A DNA stretch of 61,464 nt, counting the filler, from Diploschistes diacapsis (lineage: Eukaryota), in assembly GCA_023645945.1 (NCBI GenBank). It is 6 parts of 6 records of this genome, joined end to end, with 100 filler letters (N's around TTAATTAATTAA, not from the genome) between each part and the next. Parts side by side here need not be neighbours in the genome. Positions count along the whole stretch, not along the records: positions 10,292 to 20,472 come from JALAIB010000955.1; positions 20,573 to 30,750 come from JALAIB010000956.1; 4 more parts are not named here. One strand, given 5' to 3'. A model generated the notes under the pieces. That model was not told the origin of the DNA. It did not search any database and was given only the letters and a program-made list of their open reading frames with translations. Each line of letters starts with the position of its first letter. Positions within the stretch are counted from its first letter, which is position 1. The position numbers were made by a program, and so were the translations under genes. Positions 13,301-26,591 of the stretch are shown piece after piece.

Positions 13301-13826
13301 CGAGCGACGAGCGGGTGGAGAGTGCACTGAAGAGTGTTCAGCTTTGGGAGGTCATCGGCGCCAGGGGCGGACTGGACGCCGACGTTGGAAAGTTGTTCCT
13401 GTCCCACGGTCAGAAGCAGCTCTTCTGCCTGGCTCGTGCGATGCTGCGGCCGAGTACGATCCTTATACTCGACGAAGCAACTAGCAGGTAAGGTTTTTCT
13501 TTTTTTTTTTTTTTTTCCCCCATCCTGTCACCCGGCTGCTCGTGCTTACCTCCGAATTCAGCGTGGACAGCAAGACGGACGAGGTCATGCAGCGCGTGAT
13601 TCGCCAGAAATTTGCTCACCATACCATCATCGCGGTGGCGCACAAGCTCGACACGATACTGGACTTCGACAAGGTGGCGGTGATGGACAGGGGGGTACTC
13701 ATAGAATACGACAGCCCTCACGGGCTGCTGGGGAAGAAGCAGAGCGAATTCTGCAAGCTCTACCACAGTTTCACATCCGGCAAGGGCGAGGATACAGAAG
13801 CCGAAAAGATCGGCAGTCTTTCATAA
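10366..13826 (+). CDS. ABCC/MRP-type ABC transporter, 5' truncated; approximate exons 10366-10599, 10660-12901, 12962-13042, 13113-13488, 13562-13826
   Basis: NBD1 has GPVGCGKS, LSGGQ and IFILDD. TMD2 has GITLNRFSQD and LDLEAKSPLY. NBD2 has GRTGSGKSS (across an intron), LSHGQKQL, LILDEATS and IAVAHKL. Introns are GT-AG with recognisable branch sites. Confidence 0.93.
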
Positions 13827-14221
13827 CGCACAAGGTCGTGAAAGGGATGGTTTTCTGAAGGGAAAATTTTTTTTTTTTTTTTTCGAATTTCGTGGCTCAA
13901 CAGCGGTATTCAGCCCAGTGTCAGGAGAGGAGCTGTACCAAGGGTAGATAGAAGATGTCAAAAGGGCGGCACATTTAGCCCACCATCAGAGACCAGGTTT
14001 GGGTGATTGCGTCCATGTGCGGTGGTTCCATGTAAAGCAAGCACATGAGTTCTGATGGCCTGCAACAATTTGGCGTGCATGGCAGACGCTTCTGCATAAA
14101 AAGCTCATGAGGCCTGCAGTGGTGTATAAATTTCACTCGAGGTATGAGACAATACTGCTACTAGTATCCGGTGGTGGTGGTGGTTACTGCAAGACGGACA
14201 TGATTCACTACAAAGCGAATA

Positions 14222-14358
14222 CCCAGTACCCAGTACCCGGTACCTACCTACCTACCTACCTACCTACCTAGTAGTAACGAGTATTGAAAGAAAAAGAAAA
14301 AGAAAAAAGAAAAAAGAAAGAGAAGAAGAAAAAAGAAAAAAGAAAAAGAAAAAGAAAA
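14222..14358. repeat. Low-complexity tract: (CCCAGTA)n, (CCTA)n and an A-rich purine run
   Basis: Directly visible short tandem repeats. Confidence 0.85.
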
Positions 14359-17300
14359 CCGCCAGAAAAGGTCCCAGATGGCCGGGACAATCCATTTGGG
14401 GGTGGACAGCATGCAAAGTATATGTAGCCAAGCCCCCCCATGGTGATGAATGAGGAAAGAGGAGGAGAGGAGGAGAGGGTTAGGATGAAAGTGGAAAAAT
14501 GCTGCATTCATCATCTATTTTAACTGCTCCGAGATCGGACGTCCGTTGGAACAATTATGTTTATTACCAACAATATCTTATTATCTACGCTGCTGCAGCA
14601 CCAGACGTCGTAAATGATATCCAACTCGGACATCTGCATCTGCTATTTGTCTCGGCAGCTCGATACCTTGCCTCTGATTCGCACACCCCCTCCGCTCACA
14701 GAAACATCTTAACTGCAGACGCTGACTCCTACCAGAAAAAGCCATCCCCCCCCCTTTCACCTGTTCACTTCTTCTCATGCGCCATCCATCCCAGAAAGAA
14801 CATAATAAGACTCAACCGTTCACCATCGACCCGCAAACACAACAAAACGAGTTCCAAATAGAGCTCTCTGCAGTAGTCTCGACGGATTTTCTCTGCTATC
14901 TGTACTACTACTACTGCTACTACTGCACAAGGCACATCATGTCCGGCCAATCATGCCAGGTTTCGGCATCATCACGCCCAATCTGGGGGACTCGGACTTC
15001 AATCAAGAACTCAAGGCCGCTTTTGGCCCACAGCATCGGAGAACCTAAAGCCCTTTAACCTTTACGGTTAGTAGATGCTTGATAAGGGCCACAATCTGCA
15101 GCATCCCCGAATCTCTCTCAGGTTTGCGGTACTCGGGATTCCCGCTACTGACTACTTGCATTGCATGAAGAATGTATGAGAATGTGCACGCAACCTTTCA
15201 AGCTGCTTCTCAACCCTCCAGTACCGGCGGCTCGAGGGACACGCGACAACCACACGGATGGCACGTCTTCTTACCAGGTGTTATCTTCCCACTGACGTGG
15301 CTTTGGAAAGAGGATGAGTTCAAGGTGCATGAAGCTTGATTGAACCTCCTTCCAACGGCGGGGCAAAGGTACGTGGAGGCCATGCTGTTCCAAATGATTG
15401 ATAGATAATCCTCTTCCCATGCTCTACCGTCCTTCCGTCTCTCTTTTCATCTGCTGTATCCACGGCGTTGACTTCGTTGCTTTTTCCCTTTGATTGCCCT
15501 TTAATATTATCGATCAATGTCAGCACGATCATACATGTCTAATCCGAACAATAGAGAGGCTCCAACATCCTGCTCGACCCTTACGAAAACACCTTTCCAC
15601 TTTCCTCGCTCGTTTTGGCCTTTCTCTGGGACGTCGGTACCTGCATATGATGCAAGATCCACATGCATGGGCCTTTCTCATGAAGCTTGCCCTGGAAGGT
15701 GCTGATAGGCGTACACCACCTGCTACTACTTATGAATCGGCTTCCTATCGATTCTGGGCGAGGTGTTGCAGGATGGTCTTTTCCTATGGACCGTTGGTTT
15801 ACCCGTACCACATAGCTTGCCTTCTGTTCCGTCTTCTTACTGCCTCCTGACAGAGCAGGAGTCCATATGGCTTCAGGTTTTTCCCTATTACGTTCCATAG
15901 TCGTTAAATTTTCTTCGATCCCACAGCATATCTCGCTCGAATAACTCAATCCGAGACGTATTCCGAGGATGATTTTGGGAAACGTCATTCATCACCAGGT
16001 ATAGTTGGAAGGCTGGGCAACATCCGAGCAAGAAAGCATGATGCCAATGAGTCGAAACATAACCCAGAACAGTAAGAAAAAGAAAGAGATTACTGAGACG
16101 ATTCCGTTGCTGTACTACCAAATAATGATTGCGCAAAACGGCCATGGTCGGCCAGCAGTTTTCGGGGATATTGCAGAATTGTTGGCACCAAAGGGTCAAT
16201 CGCTATTGTTCAACGGAAATACCACGGCGTGGTATCGTAAAGCCTTGAAACACACCAACTTATGCTCTATAGGAGTTTTACTTCCTCAAATCTACGCCCA
16301 TTATCCTCGTCTCCGGCAGGAGCGAACTCTTCTCACACAGGGCTGAGGTGATCTGGGCTCTGACTGGAGGCCCTTTTGCAAGGGGCGGCCACAGGGATCA
16401 TCCCCAAGATAGGAGTGGACACCCACGGTGATGGCTGAGGTCCCGCCTCCGCTGGGGTCGTCATCATCTCTACAAAGCCCAACGGCATCTTGCAATCTTC
16501 CACGCTGATTCGATGGTGAGCGAGGAATGCAGCATGCGACCCTGATGGCCCTCATAGTCCCATTCGAATGAAAGAGTTTGGCATTTATTTTACGGCCCAG
16601 TGGACACAACGACGGGGGTCTACTACTGGCGACTCAGAGCACACGATTGCACTTTCAACCACACAGCCCAATTTCCTTTGGGGCTGCAGTTTGGCTCAGA
16701 CATTGAGGTTAACGATTGCGACCCCCTTGTCGCAGCCATGTCGCTACGCACGAGCGCGCCATTTCCAGAGAGGAGAAGACTCGAGCCTCTTCCATTTCAT
16801 AAACTAAAAGCTGACGGCGACTTGTACGACACCACTTGGCAGGACAGCTCCATGTAGTGGGCACGCCGAGGCGGCTCGTTATGGCGAGCTACATCATGCC
16901 TCGAGATCATCGTGTTGCATGACTTGGCTATCGGCAACGTCGTTGATGGAGAAAACAGCATCCCGTCTGCAACCCCAGAGATGCATTGCGCATACAGGGA
17001 AACCGAACTGCAACGCGGATTCATCCCAAGCCAAAAGCAAAGACCGTACGGCTCAGAAACCTGGCATGGTTGCGATGAGATCCGTCCATGTGCGCTGTCT
17101 GACAAATGTCCCTGCGGATGCGGGACTTTTGCTTAGATCCAGCAGAAGCACACGAGGAGATGATGCTTTGCAGCTTTGCAAAAACCTGCTTTCGGGTCGC
17201 ACATTCTTGCCCTGTCTCGGGGAAAAGTGAGAAAAAAATTTTCAGTTGCGCAGAGCCCCCCCACGGCCACCAACTGGCAGATAGACGGCGGATATCTGTA

Positions 17301-18046
17301 TACCAACGCTAGTACAAGCAGATATGGGGCTAGAGGTACCAACCACGGCTAGGACTTTTGGTAACGAAACATGTTTCATTACAAGCGTACTGTATTACTT
17401 ACCCGTTTGCGCTAGACACCTTAGCTGCATCTCATCTCAACCCACCCAACCCCCCGTGATGATGGTGATGGTCGATGGTCGATGTCGTACCGCACACAAG
17501 CGGGAATTTCCAACGATGTGGCTACGGAGAGCCGATGGACGAATAGGCGACACCACTCAGCCACCTAGCTTTACCGAATATGACAATTCTCGCTGCTTTA
17601 AGACATCCTCCCCTACGCAGATCCGGGCTTTGGAAAAAAAGCAAAGATGGGAAGGGGCCAGCGCGATGGTTCCATGCAGATGAGACATGCGTGTGTATGG
17701 GTGACTAACATCGCTTCAGTTGTTCTTCTTACGAGGGATTTTCAAAATTAGTCCTATGTCATGGGAGCGGGGGCCAATTCGACTCCGATCGACAGCCAAT
17801 TTGGCATGATACAAAAGGTCACTGGGCACACGACAAACAATCTGCTACGACTGTTGGATTAATTTCTCAGCCACACAATAGCCTGGCCGCTGCTCATGCG
17901 CTTTAGGCTACCTGGTTGCAAAATAGAACGACAGGTACACAATTTGTCCCCCGGTCCCGCACCGGGGAACTTGGCGCAAAGCCACAGACGGGGTAGCCCC
18001 ATCGAACAACGCCTTCTCCAAAACCTATTACACATAGACAGCCTTC

Positions 18047-19682
18047 TTACCGGGGCAAGTGTGACCGCCATCGACCCGAAGGTCGCTCCCGGTCATGAAA
18101 CTGCTGCCATCTCCCAAGAGGAACAAGATCGGCCCTCAGCGTCGGCGCCGTGGCTTCAGTTCGCATATAGCCGGCGAGATGCCATCTGATGCGAATGCTA
18201 GGACAGAGAGGTGTGACACAGAGTTGGTCGACTGGCTCCCAGCATACCCCCCATTCCGCAACCAAGGAGCGGCAAAGTCGGTGGATACCCGCTTTGGAAG
18301 CATTGTAAGCTGCTGTGGCGACGCCCCTGACTCTGTCGTTAGCCCTTGTTGGGGAGAATGCGATACTCGGCCTTCCTCTTTTGGTAAATACCCGGGAAAG
18401 GGGTCATCTGCACCATTGGCTGGGAGTGATGAAGAACGACGACGACCGAGGAACGCTTAAGCACAGGGCTCTTCTCCTCATGTGTGCAGTTTGACCCTGA
18501 CGGCTGGTACTTTGGAGAGCTCCGTCGAGAGATGATGGCCTAAGACACATGCATGGTAAAAGCCTCTTCCATCTCCAAAGGTACGCTTTCGAAAGCGTCA
18601 TCGAGTTCGAGCCGGTCTCCACACTTAAGTCTGGATAGACTTGTGGTCGATCAGAGGCATACACGAGGGGGCTCCGCTGCAACAAGGCGATGATTCAAAG
18701 ACTTCATCAACGCCTTGGGCCTTGGGCGGACCCCAATCAATTCGAGACTCGGCCATTGCGCATCGCCATCAACACACACACACACACACACACACACAGT
18801 AGCACCCTTGCACCTCCCTTTTCCCCCCTCAGGCTTCCAAGAATGGCCTCATGAGATTCATCATGTGTAAAGGAAGGCCGTGCAAACTGACCTGATTGAC
18901 CACGCACCCACTCATACCGGCCACCAACACCACACTCCCCTCCCCGCCTTCTCTCCCTCATCTCCCCTGCGACCTCCCTCGCACAGAGAAAGGTGCCGGT
19001 AATGCTCACGTTCCACTACCCGCCTGAAGTCCTCCGCAAAGTAATCGACCGCCGCGTGCCGTCCGGAGATAGCGGCGCATGCAACGAGGCCGTGCAAACT
19101 TTCTCGTTCCTCGGTACCCAGAATCAATCGGTGCAAACCGTGAAATGGGGGCCGGCTGAGGTTGTCAAGGATCCGACATGATGCGGGAAAGAGGGGAGTG
19201 ACGAGAGGGCGGGGAACGGAAGGGGATCACGGAAGCCGGAAGAGGCTCCCGGGGGCGGAGACGGATTTACGAAAGTTAGTGTAGTGGTATAGCTGACGTC
19301 GCTGCAGCAGCATCTATGACGATGCTGCCCACTATGGCTATATAGTGCTCGCTGGCCCACCTGGCTAGCCATCATCATCATCATCATCATCATCATTCAA
19401 TTCAATACACTACACACCGACATCTACTACAGTTAGGGACGGCGGGGCTGCATTGCGTGGGACTAGACGTAGTGTTGGAAGTTAACTAGAAGAGGCTGGC
19501 GGGGGGGGATTTCGCATAGGGTACTAGGTCAAACCGCCTGCTTACCTTCACCCCATTCTCCCCCGGCGCCAACCCACGTCTTCCGGCGCGTGATCAAGAT
19601 CCGCAACCACTACCACGTCGGCGCCCACCTCGAGGAAAGGGGCCCAGGCCGAGGCCGAGGCCGCCGAGACCGCCGGTTACTG
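18047..19682 (-). pseudogene. Short-chain dehydrogenase/reductase (classical SDR) pseudogene
   Basis: Motifs in order: VTGGLGGLG (about 19657-19682), LHGLVACAAISG, ITGTFLC, GSVVLVAGMSG, catalytic AYNASKAG (YNASK at 18293-18307), SLVAEWG, GYMRT, PILFLLGDGSSFMTGSDLRVDGGHT. They need several frameshifts (near 19640, 19010, 18940, 18180, 18135) and an internal deletion. Confidence 0.85.
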
Positions 19683-20472
19683 TGGTGATTGGGGGATGTC
19701 AGTATGGTGAGTGATATGGCGGGGAGATGGTGGGAGGATATTGATGTCGTGAGGTTAGAGAAGGGAAGGGGAAGGGGAAGAAGGACAAGGCGACGTTGAA
19801 GGGGATTCGCAGGGGGATTCGAAGGGCGTTGAATCGGTGGTGATATCGCCATTGGTGAGAAAGAGACTGCGGCCTGCCTGCCTGCCTGCCTGCCTGGTGT
19901 TCAAAGTAAACAAGGCGCGGTGCATCCTCCCCGAGCCGCTCTACCATATTCGAGCCTCTGATCCGAGTCCCGCTTCCCCATCTCCCATATGATATAGTAT
20001 AGCATAATATAGCATAGCATAGCAAGATAGAGTATCCGCCGTACAGAATAAAGCAGCTAGAAATTATAATTATAGCACACTTCCGCCAATTATCAATCCA
20101 TCCTACAGTAAAAAAAGTGGGGTGGACGGGAGCTATACTAGCAGCATATGCGCCGACCATGTTAAACTCCGATCACGCCATAACTATAACCATGTTATGC
20201 TATGCTATGCTATGTTATGCTATATTATGTTATGTTATATTCTATTCTGTATCTTTAATGCGGCCCAGAGTTATCGAATAGATTATATAGGCGATATAAC
20301 TTTACGTTAAAACGTGTTAAGACGTAAACTTGCAGACATACAGCTAAAAAAAAATTAAAAAAAAAAATTTAAAAACAGGAATAAATCCGCGCGCGCGCGC
20401 GGCACTCGCCGAGCACACTTCCCGCCCCCTCCGCCCCCTTTTCGAGCCGGGAAGAGCTGCGACGACGGGGGC

Positions 20473-20572
20473 NNNNNNNNNNNNNNNNNNNNNNNNNNNN
20501 NNNNNNNNNNNNNNNNTTAATTAATTAANNNNNNNNNNNNNNNNNNNNNNNNNNNNNNNNNNNNNNNNNNNN
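20473..20572. other. Artificial contig linker 2
   Basis: 44 N + TTAATTAATTAA + 44 N. Confidence 0.99.
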
Positions 20573-21784
20573 GATTAGGGGTGGGATTTTTAAGCGGCAG
20601 GGGCAGGGAGGGGAGGGGTTAAATATTGTTTCGACCTAGATCCCTTTTTACGAAGAGGCTGTTACAGCTCTGAACAACATCCCTAATGTGTTTTTGATTC
20701 GCAGCATAGTGGCCGTCAAGAAGCAGATCGATGGCTCTTGACGAACGCTTCTAGTCTAAAACTAGAATCAGTGGGGGCGGCGATGATGTAGGAGGTGCTT
20801 CGCGCAAGCGCAATCGTTGTAAAAACTTTGGCGCTCGCTCGCTCGTTTGGTTTTACTCGTTGAACGGACATCGGTTTGAGAACTGGGATACTTGGGGAAG
20901 GTTTTTTTTTTTTTCCGAATTACGGGAGCGGGAATTGGGAAGGGGACTGACCGGCTGGCTGACTGGATAGGGACTGAAATGTCATTTTATCAATGAAGCC
21001 TGGAAGCGTGAATTCGAGCCTTTGTATGGTTGGTTGGTTGGTGTTCGTCGGCGTATATGGCAATTCGCATTATCTTATAGAAAGCCTCTCTGTGCGAGGG
21101 GCATGAGACTGGCAGGGAGGGGTGGGGGACTGTTTTTCCAGCTTGCAAGCGCGCAAAAGAGTATACATAGTATATCGTGACGGTCCCTACGCGTGGCCTG
21201 CTTGGTTGGCACGATACTACTGAACGACGACACGATACTTTGGTGGAGGATGTGACGTGTGACGTCGATCTCCCCCGTACAGTCAAACTCTTGATAACGA
21301 GAGGAAATAGCTCGCTGGGTTAAGAGGACAGTTAGATGGCGGCCCCGGATTCTCTAGTCTTTACCGCTTCAGCATTGGGTTTGGTAGAGCTTTAATGATA
21401 ACATCCGTTGACCGGCAACGCGGCATGGAGGTAGCTACTCGTAATCTTTGAAATTCTTAATACGTGAGAAACGAAACCGGCGAGAAGTGGTTGAGCGGAG
21501 GAGTAGATCACTCTTGCTACATGGCGGCGAGGTTGGATTTTCTGGCGTATTTGGGAGCTGATATTCTGATCGGTACGATGTTCACGAGATGCTTTTATGG
21601 AGAGTCCGGCACTTGAGACTGATGCTCGTAGTCGAGTAGTAAAGACCATACTTGCTCAATGAGGGCGCAGGAAGCGGAAAGGAATTATGAAAAATTCAAG
21701 TTATATTTAGGGGTATCTGAGCCATCACACACGTCCAGCGATTCCAAGACCGAAACGCCAGCTCAACGATATGGTCGGAGAAGC

Positions 21785-24700
21785 CTACCTGCGCCAACGC
21801 CTCCAGCCTTTCTTCTCCGCCTCCTCCGTGTTCTCCTCTCGGACATTGTGCCGCCCAACCACGTTCAAGAAGACCTGGTCGAGCGTGCCAGGCCCGATGG
21901 AGTAGTCCGCAATTCCGAGCTCCTCCTTGCTTCGCTCGATGATCATGAACAGCCTCCCCATGCCGTTGCCACTGGCTCTCTGCGGAACGCCGAACCTCAT
22001 CTGCCCGCAGAACGTTCTCTGCTCAATTTCTGCATCGGCGAAGCTCTCCTGCACCCACAAGCGAATCCTTGACATCTCTTGCTCGCTCGTATAAGGAGCA
22101 TCCCTGTGGACGAGGTGCACATACGCCGCGTTGCCGTGCCGGGAGCGCAAATCCTCTACGCTGCCGAGAGCGAGTAGCTTACGGGCCATGATACCAGCGC
22201 GATCGCACAATGCATCCGCTTCCTCCATGCTGTGGGTGGTAAGCAAGACGACCCGTCCCGCCGATATAGCATTCAGCGTCGCCCAGAGTGCGCGCTTCGC
22301 CGCCGGATCCATTCCGCTCGAGGGCTCGTCCAGTAGCAGCACGTCGGGGTTGGAGATCAGAGCAATGGCCAGGCTGAGCTTGCGCTGGGTACCCCCCGAA
22401 AGCTTCTTTGCGAGCTTGTTCCTGTGGTCTTGAAGACCCAGTCTTTTGACCAGCTCGGCGATATTGGCTTCCTTGTTGGGAACACCTCTGGCTCGAGCAT
22501 AGAAGCGGAGGTGCTCCGTCACCGTCATGCTGTCTTGAGCGTCGAACTGGGGGCATACGCCAAGATGATTCTTGGCCGCCACAGGGCTGCGCTGGAGCGA
22601 CTCTCCGCCGATGAAGATTGACCCGTGTCCTGAGAGATCTCCACGTATGAGCGATATGATGGTGGACTTGCCCGCGCCGTTGGGGCCAAGCAGGGCGAAC
22701 TTCTCGGAAGGGAGAATGCCGAACGTCACGTCCTCGACCGCGTGGTTCGATCCGAATGACTTTGAAACATCGAACAGTCGCAACCCGGTATTGTTAGTGG
22801 ACAGACGGTAAGGATCTTCAGCAGCGTCAAAGTCCACAGCACCGCTCTGCTTTTCGGGACCGTCCTCTGCACGCCGCTTGCGACGGATCCCGAAAACTTC
22901 CAAACTGCGATCGGATTCCCAAAACATCAGAACTAGCGATAAGATGATGAACTGTAGGGTCAGATATAGGATAGGTGCTCCGTAGATACCAATCTCGCCA
23001 GGATACGAAGCCTTGGCCGAGCCTCGGCAGACCAGGGAATAGTTGTTCACTGCCATGAACAATGCCCGCATCAGGTTCGCTGCAGGAGATATGAGGGCAA
23101 TGGTGTAGTGAATATAATTGAACCATGTATAGACATCGGTCGCAGGAGCGTTAGCTGCCGCAAGAACGTAGCTGCAATCGTTAGCTGATGGACAGGAAGC
23201 AGGAGGGGAAAAAGCAAACATACGCCATGAAGTAGAGCACCGTGATGATGACCTGGATCACGGCAGTGAATGCGATGGCTGCTAGTTGCGACGAGACGAA
23301 CAGTGATACAACGTACGAGAAAGCCGTTGCTGCGAGTCCATAGAGGAAGAACACGACAAACATATAACCAAGCGCATACCATCCTTGATACTGGGTCGCC
23401 CAGATTACGACCGTCGCAACACTGATAATCAATATAAACATCGAGTCGAAGAGCAGATGAGCGAGCCACAAGGACGAAGGCAAAATACCATTGCTGTACT
23501 GCATCGCTCGCACCTTGCGTAGGCGCTCGGCTGTCGGATATAGAGCAAATAGCCCAGGATAGATTGCAAAACCAAGTGTCGTGAAGACGGCTACCAGGAA
23601 GCCGATGCCACTGACCGGCGTGAATGACTGCTTGAAGGTCTGAAAACCGAAGACAATGGTCTGGTTCATAAGCACTGAATCAAAAGCCGCTTGGAGGAAT
23701 AATGGACTGCCGCCGGAGAACAGGCCATGCCAAGCGAATGTGGGCGTAGCGGAGTCGTCAAAGAACCCACCAAGGTAAAGATGGCCGGAATTTTTGGAAA
23801 CGTAGCTGTTGAAAGCCGCGAGAGAGCCCACAGCTGGAATGCTTGACCAAGACGGAGCTTCGGAATATCCAGAATAGCGGGTGTCGTTCGGGATAACTCT
23901 TTGAAGAGTAACATTCACGTCTGGAGGACCACAAACGAAGCCGCCGTGTGGGAATTGATCTGGCGATAGGTACTCCGTGAAGGATTCTTCCGCGACATCT
24001 TTGGGGTTCGTGCAAGGTACCCCATCAAGAAAATCTGGATCGATGTCAACGAAAAAGCGTGTTACCATTCCAGCGAGCACGAGAGAAATGAAGAGCGCAC
24101 TGATGTAGGGCATGAAGTTGTGCTTGAGGATAGTCAATCGTTTGAGGAAGAGGATACCAACCTGCTTCAGCGGACTACATCCTTTGCCCGTATGGAGGGT
24201 CAATGCTTGGCTTGCTGTCAAAGGTTTCGTCAAGAGCGTAGACGAGTATTCATCTGCACTGTCGTATTTCCCGGGCAATAGCTCCTGTGCCATGCCAGAC
24301 TCGCCACGCATCTCTTCCGTCAACTTAAGAAATACGCTCTCGATCGTTGGGCCCTGAATACGATATTGATGGAAGCCACGCTGCTCCAGTATGGAGACAA
24401 AGGATCCAAGGTCAGATCGGTCGGTAACTTCGAAGACAGCGTGACCGTAATCGGACTGTTGGCTGACATTTGGGATAGTAAAGGGCCCCAGCTTCTGCGA
24501 ATCTTCTTCCAGTATCACACGATAGCCTCCACCAAACTGGTTCTTGAGCAAGACGACGGAGCCTTCGGCCTTGAGCTTTCCCTTTGAGAGGATGGTAACT
24601 TGGTCAGACAAGACTTCAGCTTCGTCTAAGAAATGTGTCGTGAAGAAAATAGTACGCTTTCCACGTTCGTTGAGAAGTATGTCCCACACCTTTCGACGTG

Positions 24701-26591
24701 CGATCGGATCGATACCCGAAGATGCCTCATCAATGCAGCAGACTCGACTGCCTCCTGCCAGCATCATGGCCAGCTGAGCGCGTCGCTTTTGACCACCCGA
24801 GAGGGTCTTTACTTTTGCGGCACTCTTGATGCTAAGATCACAAGCTTCGATGATCCCTGCTATTTCCTCCTCGGGGGTTTTCGCATTGTTTGGGGTGGTT
24901 CTCTTCAGTGCCTCAAAGATCTGTATATGCTCTCTGACAGTCAACTCCTCCCACATGACGTTCTTCTGGGGGCAAAGGCCTATCCCGCCCGTACCATCCA
25001 ATTCGATGGAGCCACTGGTGATGGTCTCCAATCCGGCGATGGCGTTCAGCGTAGTGGACTTTCCCGAACCATTTGCGCCCAGCAATACTGAAATGCTTCC
25101 GGTATGCAGAGCCAAGGACAGCTCGTCGACTGCCTTAACGATCTTCTTCTTGTCTTTGAGATTTCGGAAATGCTTTGAGAAGCCTCGGAGCCGTACAGCC
25201 AACCCACCCATATCCGCGCTGTTTCTCAATCTGCGAGAGCGAGACGATCTTCCATGGAGAATCCTTTCAATCACAGCGGCAATAGGAGGATATAAGAGGA
25301 TTTGCAGGACAAGGAGTCCAAGAAAAGTACCAGCAGTCACCTCCCAAACGGGCGGAACATTGAGGCCTGGAATGGTCGGCACGAATTGATTTAGTTGCAG
25401 CGCTTGGCCGTTGTATTCAAAGCCGACGGTTGCAACCAGAAAGTAGACATATGCTGAAGGCGGGAACAACAGACCAGTTGCAAGCACCCCTCCAATCTGC
25501 GCATTGTTGTAAGCATTCAGAGCGAACTGGGCGGCAAGGGCGAAAACAAGGGCGGCAATGATGGTGGATATCGCAGATAGCTGAGCTCGGCGAAACAAAC
25601 TACTTGCTAAGATGGAGTAACTCGACAGAGCCAGGCCCGTGAGCAAGTTCAAAAGAACAAAGTAGCCAGCAGAGCTGTTAGGGAAGGCAATGGTCATCAA
25701 GCCACCTGTGGCAATCCAGCCCGGAAAGTATACAAGGTCGAATGCTATGTGAGTAGCAAGCGTGCGCGCTGCTAGACATTCCCATCTTCGACGATTTGGC
25801 ATCATCGCATCGACCAGCTGAAGTATTCCTTGTTCGCGCTGATGGACCACATGACCAGTCAGATGGTAAGTCAGGCCAGAAAGAGCCACGAAGAAAGCAA
25901 AGCCGAGGAACGCCTGGATATCACGCTGCCATTCCTGTGAGTCTAGTTGTTCCTTCTCGCTCTCAGGCTCGGAAGTGAAAGGATACTGCATCATATTCTC
26001 CGGAAGGCCCGCACCACCGTGTGTAGAAGCTATTGCAGAATCGATGGCGTGTTGAAATGGAAGTGTATAGAGTTGGAGGTCGTTAGTGCTACTGGTTATG
26101 GATAGGGTTCCATCAAGGGACGCATCCGCATATATGGTATAATTCCAGTCACGTCCTCCATGGTCAGGTGAAGCGAGGAACTGTACAGCACCGTAGCAGT
26201 TGGAGACTCCGCCAGTAGAACTTGGACACAATGACTGAAGCTCCGAGTCATCCTTCAGAATGTGCAGCTCTTTCCCATTATTCTGAATCGTAGTCGATAG
26301 TTGATCGACAACCGAACCAATGTCACCATCGGTAAAACCTCCATTCATGATGATTACTTTAGGCCTCGCGCTTCCTGTCTCGGCAAGAGCATCCGCAAGC
26401 GACTTGATTGGAGTCGGAGTTCCTATGCCATAGAGTCCCGGCGTCGCAGTCCAAACTTTGATGTATGCCAGCACGAAGGTGGCTAATAGAGGAAATAGAA
26501 GTGCACGAATCGCTGTGCTAAGGGCATGACGGCGAGCGAGTATGATGAGATCTTTCTTGACCAACGTCCATGTCTGTCGAACGAACTGCAT
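21785..26591 (-). CDS. Full-length ABCA-subfamily transporter, about 1584 aa; one intron 23172-23223
   Basis: N-terminus MQFVRQTWTLVKKDL is ABCA-like. NBD1: GANGSGKST, CPQKN, LSGGQKRR, IDEASSGIDP, TTHFLDEAE. NBD2: GPNGAGKST, CPQFD, LSGGTQRKL, LDEPSSGMDP, TTHSMEEAD. C-terminal TLDQVFL. A 52-nt GTATGT..CTAAC..CAG intron joins the two track ORFs in frame. Confidence 0.93.
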
